From NCBI GenBank assembly GCA_965233865.1, contig OZ247587.1:1632001-1696000 (forward strand): DNA of 64,000 nt. Direction: 5' to 3'. The stretch's first letter is position 1. Each line of letters begins with the position of its first letter. The notes beneath the pieces are model-generated. The model was not told the DNA's origin and did no database searches. It was given only the letters and a program-made list of their open reading frames with translations. This DNA is from Candidatus Neptunichlamydia sp. GTDB taxonomy: Bacteria; Chlamydiota; Chlamydiia; Chlamydiales; Simkaniaceae. This document shows positions 17,625 through 27,950 of the stretch, one piece after another. Position numbers and translations under genes: made by a program.

Positions 17625-18400
17625 ATAGAGTTATTGACTATTTTCCAAAACGTTCCTTGATTTTCAAATGAGAGGGAGCTTTTGTTTGTGAAGCGCTTAA
17701 GCGCTTTTTGAATAGGGTACCCCTCATCTTTTCCCCAATGAAAGTCATCACCACAAAGAATCCCGCCACTCATTTCAATATGAGGATACCAGGATTCAAG
17801 ATCTTGTAGTACAGAGTCTTCGTCGTGAGAAGCATCCACATAAATCAGATCGATAGGAGGAAAGAGTTTTCTAGAGGCTTCAAGCGTTGTCATTCTAAGA
17901 GGGATGATTTGATCGGTCAACCGTGTTCGAATAATATTGGAAAGAAACTGGTTATAAAGCATGGAGCAATCTTGAGTATGTTCAGCGGATCCTTCCCAAT
18001 GATCTACAGCATAGACTGTGCCATTTAAAGGAAGAAAAGTTGCCATAAAGATCGTAGAAATGCCATGCCAGCATCCCAACTCAACAATAGTTTCAATCTT
18101 GTTATTTCTTAGGATATTCCCCAGTCCGACAACCGACTCTTGATTGAAGAAAGAACTTCCTTCAAATGAAAGCAGCTCTTTGACAAGGTGATAAGGTGAA
18201 GGGCGGAGAAATGGAGGAAGGGGAGTGAGTTGATATCCCCCCAGGCTGTGAGGGGATAGGACCTCTTGTTGAAGAAGCTCGCTTAACGTTTTTTCCGAAA
18301 TTCCAAGTCCATGGGGTTGAGCAATTCTTCCTCCGAATAACTGAAATAACTTAATAGCGCTAAGAGTGTTTCGATTTTCGATCATACTAATATAATACAT
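17621..18400 (-). CDS. Class I SAM-dependent methyltransferase (Methyltransf_24-like)
   Basis: VELGCWHGIST, AVDHWEGS, IYVDASHD and GGILCGDDF. Confidence 0.85.
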   Translation of the reverse strand: MYYISMIENRNTLSAIKLFQLFGGRIAQPHGLGISEKTLSELLQQEVLSPHSLGGYQLTPLPPFLRPSPYHLVKELLSFEGSSFFNQESVVGLGNILRNNKIETIVELGCWHGISTIFMATFLPLNGTVYAVDHWEGSAEHTQDCSMLYNQFLSNIIRTRLTDQIIPLRMTTLEASRKLFPPIDLIYVDASHDEDSVLQDLESWYPHIEMSGGILCGDDFHWGKDEGYPIQKALKRFTNKSSLSFENQGTFWKIVNNSI

Positions 18401-18472
18401 AATTAATATGAAAATATAATTTCAACTATTTACTGATTAATTTAAATTTGTTATTTCTTTCGTTAAGAAGAT

Positions 18473-18507
18473 AAAAAAAGCCCCTGAGTACTTGCTCAAG
18501 GGCTTTT
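18473..18507 (-). terminator. Rho-independent terminator of the OMP gene
   Basis: Minus strand AAAAGCCCTTGAG-CAAGTA-CTCAGGGGCTTTTTTT. Confidence 0.8.
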
Positions 18508-18535
18508 CAAGTCTAGTTTTTTGGGAACAGAGTTC

Positions 18536-19687
18536 TTAAAAGTCCCAATTGAAAGTGAACTCAAAAGCTCTAAATCCTAAATTTGTAGGAAAGATATTAA
18601 AGAGACCTGTTACATCAGGGATACCCCCTTCAGCTAAATTTCCTTTAAAGAATTCAGTTTCATTATAATCTTCGTCTGAGAAGTACAGAATTTTGTAAGC
18701 ACCTTCGAATGAAAAATTCTTATAGGTGTATCTAAGACCTGCTTTCAAGGCTGTATTCAGAGTGACTAGATAATCTGTCATTCTTCTCCAAGTACCGTCG
18801 AAATCTAAAACATTAGCGTTGTTTTCAACAAACATGTTGGTGTTGACTTTGCCTTTTGCGAAGTAATTCGCAAATAGAAGGGCAAGTTTCATCTCAGAAA
18901 TAAAGCTTAAGTTATGAGGACGTAAATGCATGGGCAGTAGATCGAGTTGTGATTCCCATTTGAATGAAGGTCCCCAACCGAAGACTTTGTGTTTTTGTTT
19001 TTGAGCAATACTCCCACCTAATTCAGCGGGTCCACCATCCACATTAAGCGTAAAACCAGAGTTATTAATATGGTGGAGATTGATGTTTTGAAAACTGAAG
19101 CCTAGAGAAAGTTCATTGTGAAAGTACTTATCTAAAAGATTTAACAGCGCAACTTTAGTTCTAAAGTAGAATTCTGCAAAGTGATATTGCCCTTTCAAGC
19201 TTGCTCTTGCTCCATATCCAAAGTCCAAATCTGTAACCGATAAATCGCCTTCTTTCACATGATTAGAAGCGCTACTAGAGATATGATAGTAGTTGTAAAA
19301 TAGATCTAGATAAACCTGAGTGGGTATTAAATAACTAAGTTGACCTGTAATCCCAAGATTATAATCTGTGGGTAAACGATTTTTTTTGAACTGGCCATCG
19401 GCAGCAAGGCCGTTGCTATTCTCCACAATTCTTCCTTGAATATTTGCAAAATAGGGTATGGAGAAGGTGGGCTGAACTGCTGCTGCTGTGACACCAATTG
19501 TAAAGTTAGTGTCCTTGTATTTATTTTGGTTTTGGACGATCTGTATATGTTCCCTTAAGCTTTCTGGGTCTTGCTGGGAGTTTTGCATCCCTGCGTATGA
19601 AGACTGGGAACTGTCTCTTTCGATTGCTGAAGCCTGAATAGTAAGCGAGGCAAACACAGAGGCTAGCAGCAAAATTTTTTTCTTCAT
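18536..19687 (-). CDS. Putative outer-membrane beta-barrel porin (MOMP/Lpg1974-like)
   Basis: Signal peptide, alternating aromatic strands, FGWGP, and C-terminal FEFTFNWDF. Confidence 0.7.
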   Translation of the reverse strand: MKKKILLLASVFASLTIQASAIERDSSQSSYAGMQNSQQDPESLREHIQIVQNQNKYKDTNFTIGVTAAAVQPTFSIPYFANIQGRIVENSNGLAADGQFKKNRLPTDYNLGITGQLSYLIPTQVYLDLFYNYYHISSSASNHVKEGDLSVTDLDFGYGARASLKGQYHFAEFYFRTKVALLNLLDKYFHNELSLGFSFQNINLHHINNSGFTLNVDGGPAELGGSIAQKQKHKVFGWGPSFKWESQLDLLPMHLRPHNLSFISEMKLALLFANYFAKGKVNTNMFVENNANVLDFDGTWRRMTDYLVTLNTALKAGLRYTYKNFSFEGAYKILYFSDEDYNETEFFKGNLAEGGIPDVTGLFNIFPTNLGFRAFEFTFNWDF

Positions 19688-20010
19688 GGTGTTATCCTTT
19701 AAGTTTTTCGTGCAATTCTTCTATAAAATAAGAACCTACTAAAAACTGTTTTATAACGCAATTTTTTTTTAATAATTCAAAAAAGCACCAGGAATGTCTG
19801 TTCGATTTTCCGAGCCGGGTTTGCTTTTAAATAGATATTCTTTTTTACCTTTGTTCCCAATGAGTGAGATAACGTTCCTACCAGCCTGCATTTCCATTGA
19901 TTTGAAGGAAAACCTTCATAAAATTATTCATTTCTAATGAGCAAAGGCTCATCTTCTGAAAAAGCTGCACCTTAATATTGAAACTCCTGTTGAGATTGAG
20001 CTAAATAATA

Positions 20011-20749
20011 TAGATAAAATATTTCGTTTTAGTTATGCTTTTTTGAATGACGTATTCATTAGATTTTAGAAAAAAGGTACTGTTGATCCGAAGCACAGAA
20101 AATTTAAGTTTTGCCAAGACAGCAAAACGTTTTGGTGTAAGTGTAAATAGCATATTTCTTTGGTCTAAGAGGCTAGAGGCAAAGCGCACTAAAAATAGAC
20201 CTGCAATAAAGATTGAAAGAGATCGCTTGATGGAGGATATCAAAAAATACCCTGATGCCTTCAACTATGAACGAGCATATCGTCTCAATGTAAGCCTTTC
20301 AAGTGTTCGTTGTGCCATGAAGCGGCTAAGAATTAGCTATAAAAAAAACACTTAACCATCCCAAGGCTTGCAAAAAGAAGAGATCTCTCTTCAGAGAAAA
20401 GATTTCAAGGTATGAATGCTTGGAACAAACCTTCTTACTCTTGCACTGTTTGATTGTAATATTAATACAGATGCCTTTAGCAGTTGGGCAGAGCAAGACT
20501 TGATGCCGAAACTTCCTTCTGAAAGCGTTTTGGTTATGGATAATTCATCGTTTCATGAAAGCAAATCTATGCAAGAAAAGATCGAAGCTGCAGGCCACAT
20601 CTTGGAATATCTTCCCCCATATTCCCCAGAATTAAATCCTATTGAGCATAAATGGGCACAAGCAAAATCTAAACGAAGAAAATATCAATGTAGAATAGAT
20701 AAACTTTTTAAGGAATATTGCCTATAACTAAATTATATCAACTTAGCTA
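20011..20749 (+). mobile_element. IS630 family element with internal deletion
   Basis: HTH ORF MTYSLDFRKKVL (20047-20355), A8 slippery run at 20341-20348, DDE ORF 20416-20727, and IRs TAGATAAAATATTTCGTTTTAGTTAT / ATAACTAAATTATATCAACTTAGCTA. The first catalytic-Asp region is missing. Confidence 0.92.
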
Positions 20750-20880
20750 TGCCATTGAAAAAGAATACAATATTCTCAATGGCTTCGGTGTTCACGCTTT
20801 AATCAGACGTGGCGCATGTTTACTTTGAAACCTTCTCAGCAAAATTTTATCGCGTCGATATTGATGCAATAGATTTTTTT

Positions 20881-21639
20881 TCATGAATCTTTTGAATAAA
20901 TGCTTTTTAGGTACTGAAGAATTTCATCTAAGACCTGCTCGATCGATTGGTTACATGAAACGCCTCTAAAGCATTGATTTTTAGAGTAGTAATTGATTAG
21001 AGGAGCAGTTTGGGCGTGATAGACAGTTAGCCGCTTCTTAATAACCTCTTTCTTGTCATCACTTCTTTGGATAAGGGGAGAATGACAATGATCACAAATC
21101 CCTTTCTTTTCTGGGGGAGAGTATTGCAGATGAAATGGAGCACTGCATCCGTTACATACCATACGGTTGCTGAGCCTTTTGATGATTACTTGATCCTGGA
21201 GCTCTAGGTTAATAGCAACGGTTTTTGTGTCTTTGTTGAGACGCGCATGATAGATTTTTTCTTGCTCTAGGGTTCGAGGGAATCCATCAAGGATATATCC
21301 ATGAGAGCAGTCTTTTTTGGCGACTCGGGAGAAAAGTATGTCGAGAATAAGCTCATCGGGAACAAGCTTCCCGGCGTCCATGAATTCTTTTGCTTTGGAT
21401 CCAAAAGAAGTCCCTTTTTTGATATTTGAGCGAAGAAGATCTCCAGTTGAAATATGAGGGACATCGAGTTTTTTTTGTAACATTTTTGCTTGTGTTCCCT
21501 TGCCGGACCCTGGAGGACCTAGTAGAATTACCACAAGGGTTTGTTTTTTGAGTTCTTTTAGTTCAATTGTGGGAGTAGCAAGGACCGACATAACAAACAC
21601 TGGGGTAAAGATAAATAAGAACAGTCTTCTAAGTGACAC
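20881..21639 (-). CDS. adk: Adenylate kinase (Zn-LID) with possible hydrophobic N-terminal extension
   Basis: GPPGSGKGTQA, HISTGDLLR, LDGFPRT, and CxxC...CxxC LID. Alternative ATG at 21591. Confidence 0.93.
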   Translation of the reverse strand: MSLRRLFLFIFTPVFVMSVLATPTIELKELKKQTLVVILLGPPGSGKGTQAKMLQKKLDVPHISTGDLLRSNIKKGTSFGSKAKEFMDAGKLVPDELILDILFSRVAKKDCSHGYILDGFPRTLEQEKIYHARLNKDTKTVAINLELQDQVIIKRLSNRMVCNGCSAPFHLQYSPPEKKGICDHCHSPLIQRSDDKKEVIKKRLTVYHAQTAPLINYYSKNQCFRGVSCNQSIEQVLDEILQYLKSIYSKDS

Positions 21640-21711
21640 TACCCAAAGTATAGCAGATAGGTTTATTTATGACTGGTTTCGGGCTGTTTTTTGTTTTTTT
21701 TTGCTTCATTA

Positions 21712-22905
21712 TTATCGCAACTCTTCACAAGGAGTTTGGTCAATATCGGCTGAAGCTTGTCCATTCCAGTCGATGTCAAAGGTGAACATAGCTGGAAGAC
21801 ATTCACGAAGTTTAAAACTTCTGAAGGTATAGACTACAAATAGTAGAGGTTGAAATAGAAAGGGTTTGATGTCCTTCGTTGAAAAGATCACGTCTCGGAC
21901 TTTGATGAATTTTTTTGTAAATTGAAGGATTTGCTTTGTTTTCCATCCGTAAAGAAGCATTCCCCATGCAAGTTGTTTGGAATAGCCAAGTGCCGGGATA
22001 ATACATGTTTCGGGGTTGAAAAATGCTTTGGGAAGATTATCTTTTTTCTGGAAAAGATGAAGGCCGCTTGTTCCACGAGGGTTACATTCAATGGCGTACA
22101 GGTCCCCAGAAGGAAGCTCGATGAAATCAAAAGCAATTTGTCCCGTAAAGCTTTCCTTTTCGACAAAGGCTCTTACCCAATTTTCAATAAGAGGGTGGGC
22201 TATTGCTTCAAAGTTGAGGCATGAATGCCCCTCAATTGAAAAATCGACAGGATACACAGCATGAGCAGAAAGTTTTCCATGATGTGCAATGCTATATGAA
22301 CAGTAGTTCTTTCCATGAAGATATTCTTGGGCAACCAATGGATTGCGGGGATCGATCTTTACCTGAGGGGAGGAAGAAGTGACCTTTTGAATTTTTAATG
22401 CAGCTCGAGAGTAACTGGGTTTTAAAATATAAGGAACATCTAAGGAGACTTTTTCTAGCTCTTCTTGTGAGTGAATGAGGTAGGATCGAGGGGCTTTAAA
22501 CCCTAGAGAGTGAATTTTTTTATTAAAAAGCCATTTGTTATGGAGCTGGTCTAAAGTCTCATAATTCTCACATAGAACAGTAGATGACTTAGGAAAACGG
22601 TTTAATCCCTGTGAAAGGCAAAAAATTTCTTCGAAAGTGGGGATCACTAGGTCTATTTTTTCGTTTTTGCAGATATCAACCAGGGCTGCAATAAACCCTT
22701 CTGAATTAAAGCGTGGACTCGGAACGATGAAGTTTTTCTTTACTGTATTCGAATGGCGGCAGATGTGGTAAGGCGAGGTTTCTGTGATAAAAACTTCGTA
22801 ACCTTGTTCATGGAAGCGTCTGGCAACATCCAGCGTAAAAAGAGAACGGCCACCTGTGAGAAGAATTTTTTTACTAATAACGACCTCGTAGCTTAATATT
22901 TTCAA
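21712..22905 (-). CDS. ATP-grasp domain protein
   Basis: ILLTGGRS, IPTFEEIF, LHNKWLF, QEYLHG, and IECNPRGTSG. Confidence 0.8.
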   Translation of the reverse strand: MKILSYEVVISKKILLTGGRSLFTLDVARRFHEQGYEVFITETSPYHICRHSNTVKKNFIVPSPRFNSEGFIAALVDICKNEKIDLVIPTFEEIFCLSQGLNRFPKSSTVLCENYETLDQLHNKWLFNKKIHSLGFKAPRSYLIHSQEELEKVSLDVPYILKPSYSRAALKIQKVTSSSPQVKIDPRNPLVAQEYLHGKNYCSYSIAHHGKLSAHAVYPVDFSIEGHSCLNFEAIAHPLIENWVRAFVEKESFTGQIAFDFIELPSGDLYAIECNPRGTSGLHLFQKKDNLPKAFFNPETCIIPALGYSKQLAWGMLLYGWKTKQILQFTKKFIKVRDVIFSTKDIKPFLFQPLLFVVYTFRSFKLRECLPAMFTFDIDWNGQASADIDQTPCEELR

Positions 22906-23035
22906 TATACGGAAAGCGAAATTTTTCGTAATGCCAAAAATTTAAAAAGATAATTATACATATTTAAATTTAAATTAATAAGGATAAGGAACCTTTCCGA
23001 CGTGCATTTTCATTTTCGCTTTTCGAGAAAAATCA

Positions 23036-23662
23036 CTAGGGTTCTACAGCCGTGTAGATCCATTCATTCTGCTCTAGAGTTGCAATTTCCTTTGTTGGAA
23101 AGGATCGGTGATGGACTTTAAAGAAGATAATCCGATCAGGTACTAAGCGATATCCTTTAAATTCTTGGGGGCATAGGACTTCTTTGGGGTACTCTTTCTC
23201 AAGTTCCTTTCTTCGGTTTTCAAGGATTGTTTGTGATTCTAAGAGCTCCCCATTATTAGACGCCATGAAGGTAAATTTCATAAAGCGAGGCATTCTGCTC
23301 CAAGCTTTTTCTGCTTCTTCGCGGGAGATCTGATTCACGATCCCATCTATGCATAATTGGCGATGGGTACGAGGGAGGTAGATATTCAGCGATGCATGGG
23401 GATTATAGGAAAGGTGGCTGATTTTTTCTGTTTTCTCATGGGTAAAAAAGAGAGCTCCCTTAGTCTGATTGAAGTTGGTGATTTCAATCATTCTTGCATG
23501 GGGCCTTCCATTAGAAGCAACAGTTGCTAGAGAGGCGAATTTAAAGAAGCGCCCCTCTGTTCGCTCTTTTTCTTCTTTAAACCACGCGTCGACCTTTGCA
23601 ACAGGGTGAGGCTGTTTTGCAAAAAGAGAGAATGAATATAAAAGGATTAAAACAAATTTCAT
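23036..23662 (-). CDS. pdxH: Pyridoxamine 5'-phosphate oxidase-family FMN-binding protein (divergent)
   Basis: LATVASNGRPHARM, FFT, NPHASL, RQLCIDG, and GYRLVPDRI. Confidence 0.7.
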   Translation of the reverse strand: MKFVLILLYSFSLFAKQPHPVAKVDAWFKEEKERTEGRFFKFASLATVASNGRPHARMIEITNFNQTKGALFFTHEKTEKISHLSYNPHASLNIYLPRTHRQLCIDGIVNQISREEAEKAWSRMPRFMKFTFMASNNGELLESQTILENRRKELEKEYPKEVLCPQEFKGYRLVPDRIIFFKVHHRSFPTKEIATLEQNEWIYTAVEP

Positions 23663-23894
23663 GGTATTAATCTAATTTTCATTTTCTTTTTTTTCAAGAA
23701 GTGTTTTTGATAAACCTATGGAAAGTGAAACGTTAGAATATCAGCATCAAAGGGCGATCCTAGAAACCTTTATAGCACATGATTTTCTTAAGGGAAAGCG
23801 TCTTACGATCTTATGTTTTTCATGCATGGAGAAGTCGAGGCGATTTTGTCTTGGATAAGGCTAAGTGGCTTGCTTCTCTTGGGTATGTTAAAGT

Positions 23895-24935
23895 TTACCA
23901 AGCGTAATACATGGTTAAGATGCCCGAGACAAAATCGCTGGAATTTCTTCCAGTAATGGTGAACCAAACTCCTGCTAAAAATCCTAAATGATCAGATGGG
24001 TTGTATTCGATCGCAGGTGCACAACTGAGGTTATCATTAGAAGGCACTCCTACCAAAGCGGTGCCTCCCGCGGAGGTTCTTCCTTTATTTCCCGAGAAAG
24101 TGCTATGGTTTTGATAGGTGTAAGCAAAATCTACTGAAAGAACCCACTTTTGAGTAAAGCTAAGTTCTACCGAAGTATAGATGGCAATTTTATTTCCAGG
24201 GCGCACTTTTCCGCGTGTATTGTATCCTCCTCCATAGGCATTGAATTCCTGGATTTGGACCCTCATCGGAACGGCATAGTTCATTGAAAAACGCCAAGCA
24301 AGGGGATGGGTGTTTATCCACCAGAAAACTTTGGATGCGTTGAGGGAAACGTTGGTAAAGTAAGCCCCTGAACCAGTTGCATCCACCCCATTTTTTGCAG
24401 GATTGAGTTTCTCATATCGCCCTGTAGGAAAGATTTCAGTAATCGTAATGCGAAGCGCAGGTCTATAAGGGGATTCTCTCACTAGTTGAATTCCCCATTC
24501 AAGGGAGGTGTCTCCCCAATAGAAGCAACTTTCTCCATCTTTGTTATTATAGAATCCTTGGACAATTATTGTGAAGTCGAGCCAAGAAAACCACCCCATT
24601 TGCAAGAGGCATAAAGGGTTAATTGTCCATAGGTCTAAAGTATTTACAGACCTGCGGTTCCCATTATACTCTGCAAAGGTGTTCGTGATAAAAAGGTAAG
24701 GCTGAACAACAAATTCTCCAGGGGGGTCATTGTGAGCTGAAGGAGTTAATAGAGGGCCAGCGTACCAAGGGTTGAGCATTTTCTGGGAGGTATCAAAATC
24801 TACTTGTGCTTGCGCAAGCTGCTGATCCATCTTAGAAAGAAGAGGAGGCTGGCTGGGTAATTGTTGAGGTAAGCCTTTCTCTTGAGATAGTAGTGTTGCC
24901 GTGATAAATAAAAATTCCAATAGCGTTTTTTGCAT
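23895..24935 (-). CDS. Putative outer-membrane beta-barrel / transporter protein
   Basis: WYAGPLLTPSA, FPTGRYEKL, DATGSG, APAIEYN, and an aromatic C-terminus. Confidence 0.6.
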   Translation of the reverse strand: MQKTLLEFLFITATLLSQEKGLPQQLPSQPPLLSKMDQQLAQAQVDFDTSQKMLNPWYAGPLLTPSAHNDPPGEFVVQPYLFITNTFAEYNGNRRSVNTLDLWTINPLCLLQMGWFSWLDFTIIVQGFYNNKDGESCFYWGDTSLEWGIQLVRESPYRPALRITITEIFPTGRYEKLNPAKNGVDATGSGAYFTNVSLNASKVFWWINTHPLAWRFSMNYAVPMRVQIQEFNAYGGGYNTRGKVRPGNKIAIYTSVELSFTQKWVLSVDFAYTYQNHSTFSGNKGRTSAGGTALVGVPSNDNLSCAPAIEYNPSDHLGFLAGVWFTITGRNSSDFVSGILTMYYAW

Positions 24936-25009
24936 AGGTTAACCTTTCTTCAAATTGGATTGAAAAACATTCTATTCTTTAAAGAAAATAATAGGAAGAA
25001 GAGATTAAT

Positions 25010-25498
25010 AGGACTAGATTATGTCAACGATGAGATGCTTATGTTTATACATTGGGGTATATCAAAAGAAGCAATTATTCGCTCTTCAGAACTTCTCAGC
25101 TTGGAGATTCCAGGGATTACGATCCGGACGAGTTTAACTGTTGGTTTTCCAGGGGAGACTGAAAAAACAGTTTGAAGAACTTTTGAGATGTATTAAAGAG
25201 TATCCGATCGATAATATGGGTATTTTTCAGTAGTCAAAGGAGCTTGGGAGCCATGCAGCAAGCCTTTCGAATCAAATTTCTGATGAAGTAAAGGCAAAGA
25301 GACAAAAGCGCTAAAAAAATTGGTCAGACGTTAGAAATGCTCATGGTAGGGCGTCACCGTGGACAGTGCCCTGAAATTGATAGAGAAGTGATCATTAATG
25401 ATATCACCGGAGTGAAGGCTTTCAGAAAGTTGTATCAAGTTAAGATTACCGAGGCTTTGGACTACGATCTGGTCGGATATATTGCTCAAAAACATTAA
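25010..25498 (+). pseudogene. rimO: Degraded 3' remnant of ribosomal protein S12 methylthiotransferase
   Basis: IRTSLTVGFPGETE / FEELL..IKEYPIDNMGIFQ*SKE / VGRHRGQCPEID / VKITEALDYDLVG across frameshifts and stops. Confidence 0.8.
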
Positions 25499-25535
25499 AT
25501 GATTTATAATGATCCCATAAATCTTTTTTGGAGAT

Positions 25536-26105
25536 GTGAGTGTGAAAATTTTTATTGAATCAAATCCGGCTTTTTCAGAAAAAGCTAAGTCTAGGGTTTG
25601 GACAGCAATGCAGGTGTTAATCGGAGGCTTATTCCTCGCCGCTTGTGCTCAAGTTTCAATTCCTCTTTATCCTGTTCCAATGACGATGCAAACCCTGGGA
25701 ATCTTCACGCTTGCAGTGATGCAAGGTGGAAGAATCGCTTCCTTTTCTGCTCTTCTATATCTTGCGCTGATTTCTCTTGGACTTCCAATGCTTTCTGGTG
25801 GAGCTTCTAATGCAATGTGGTTTGCTTTCCCATCGGCAGGATATCTTTTGGCATTTCCGATTGCTGCATTTGTAATTGGGAAACTAATCTCTGCAAAGGA
25901 AAAGCCAAACTCTCTTTGGGTTCTTTTCAGTATTTTGGTTGGTCAGGTAATTATCTATACTCTAGGAGTGGGAGTTTTGACGCGATTGCTTTCAGTTAAA
26001 GAAAGCTTAATGGCAGGCCTTGTTCCTTTTCTTCCCCTAGCGGGAGTGAAGCTTCTGTTGGCTTCAACTTTAGGTGGTCTTTGGCTTCGTTGGAAGAGGA
26101 AATAG
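25536..26105 (+). CDS. bioY: Biotin transporter BioY
   Basis: PVPMTMQTL, YL..GLP, PSAGYLLAFP, IYTLGV, and GLVPFL. Confidence 0.9.
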   Translation: MSVKIFIESNPAFSEKAKSRVWTAMQVLIGGLFLAACAQVSIPLYPVPMTMQTLGIFTLAVMQGGRIASFSALLYLALISLGLPMLSGGASNAMWFAFPSAGYLLAFPIAAFVIGKLISAKEKPNSLWVLFSILVGQVIIYTLGVGVLTRLLSVKESLMAGLVPFLPLAGVKLLLASTLGGLWLRWKRK

Positions 26106-26299
26106 CTCAATGCACACGTGTGGGTCTGGCAGCTGTTGCGATCCAAGAGGTAGAAATTTTTCTTGATAAGCGCAAGGGTATCTCGAATATGGGAAGTCGG
26201 TTGAAGAGCGTGCATCGCGCGAACCTTTAGAGGAAATGGGGCTCATCGCAAAGATTTTGCTTCATGCTCTGTGTACGAACAATTTTATTGTTCCCAAAC

Positions 26300-26550
26300 T
26301 TAGTGCGGGACGTTTTTTAACAGACCTCCATATTTCTCGTTAATGTCCCTCTTTGAGAAATAGAAATGTTTTTTGGATGCTTGAAAAAAGAGGATTCTTC
26401 TTGGAAGAAAAACATTTTTAGATGGGGGTTTGATGAGCTTCGAGGGGTATTTTTGAACTTGAAGAAAACAATCGAATCATTCTTAAAGTCACTTAAGATA
26501 CTTATTATGAATGATAAATATAGAGTGCATTAAAAAACGTCCTGTGTTAG
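26300..26550 (+). mobile_element. Internally deleted IS4-family remnant
   Basis: IR cores CGGGACGTTTTTTAA / TTAAAAAACGTCCTG; residual peptides EIEMFFGCLKK, RGFFLEEKH and FRWGFDELR. Confidence 0.65.
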
Positions 26551-26743
26551 GAATCTTTATCTTGACTTCTAAGGCTAGCTAATCTATTTGTCTAAAAAAG
26601 AGATCTATACTAATAATAATTACGTTCACTTATTTAAGAATAAGTTGTAAAAATAAAATTAGATTGTCTTATACGTACTTAGTTGTAGAACGAGAATGTT
26701 TTTTTCGCATACAAAAAAAAGATTTTACCAAAGGGGGAAGCAT

Positions 26744-27365
26744 ATGAAGATGAGACTACATTATTTCACCATTTTTTTATTTTTCAATTTGATGATTTTA
26801 AAAATTCATGGGAATGAACAAAATATCTTGAATAACCTATCAGCATTTTTTCCAATGGATAGTAAATTTAAGAAGATCTATGGAGTATCCCCTATGCATC
26901 ATGTTGAATATGATATGATAATAAAGAACAATTTGTTTAACTCTAAAACTAATCTTAATGCATTTGTAAGCTTCAGTTATCTATATGGATCTGGAAAAAC
27001 AAACCTAAATTCTCACTCACATATTCATTACCTTCCTTTAAGTTTAGGAGTTGATCTACGTTTTCAATATAAAAACAACAACTTAATTCCCTATCTTGGG
27101 GTTGGCCCTGTTGTAGCCTACTCTAATATTCATAATCATTCTGGAAAATCTTGTTACTTAGATAAAAACCAAAACAGTTGGGGTATCGGATTAAGAACAA
27201 AATCTGGTATTTTTGCCAGAATAACACCCTCTCTTCTTTTCAATTTTTTTTGCAGACTACTCTTTAACAAGAATGTTTTTTCACTATGATTGTAAAAATA
27301 TAATTAAAAACAGGTGTTATTTACACGGAATATCCGCTGGTTCAGGATTAGTGTATAAATTTTAG
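26744..27365 (+). pseudogene. Small outer-membrane beta-barrel gene frameshifted in a T8 tract
   Basis: LPLSLG and PYLGVGP. Deleting one T at 27244-27251 gives ...FADYSLTRMF...GISAGSGLVYKF*. Confidence 0.7.
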
Positions 27366-27855
27366 GATCCCGAATAAACACAGTAAACATTTTTACCAAT
27401 CTCGGAAAATATTTGCTCTTGGATGCTTTTTGATGCATCGCTCCCTATGAGAGACATGAATTTGGAGGGTCTAGAACTGCTAGCCTCTTCAGGTTGTAGC
27501 AAATGGCCTGAATGAAACTCGCAAACTGATTTTTCACGATTCCTCGGTACGGAACTCTTTTTTCTCGTTGCGAAAAGACCCTCTCATGAGGGGCTCTCAC
27601 CGAATTGTACTAGCGATTCTGTGCACAGGACTTGTACAATACCCCTTGTTCATATAGCTAGCTCCCTGAGAGTGGCATACGTGTTTGAAGCCTGAATCAT
27701 TGTGATAATTAGCCGAAGTAATCACAATCTTGTTGATCAGCCCTATCTGCATGCCTACACTGGTGTGCTGCTTATAACCATACCAATATTTACGCTTCCC
27801 TTTACAAAGGGGTAACTTCAAAGTTCCCAGCAAGTGGCTCTAATTTCTGGGATCA
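27365..27855 (-). mobile_element. IS5 family remnant
   Basis: CKGKRKYWYGYKQHTSV, KGYC, RVPYRG..KNQF and YNLKRL; ends GGATCCCGAATAAA / AATTTCTGGGATC. Confidence 0.78.
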
Positions 27856-27950
27856 TTATAGTCTGAAGCAAAAAATAGTTGACAATATTTTAATAAAAAA
27901 TTTGACAATCACCGGCATTGCAGATTTTCATAAAAAAAGAATGAAAGACT

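Noticed and set aside
24930..25175. 81-aa ORF as a real gene
   Set aside because: It is a chance fusion of intergenic DNA with one frame of the rimO remnant.
26107..26290. Possible minus-strand gene remnant beside the IS4 scar
   Set aside because: The short peptide contains a stop and no motif I can assign.
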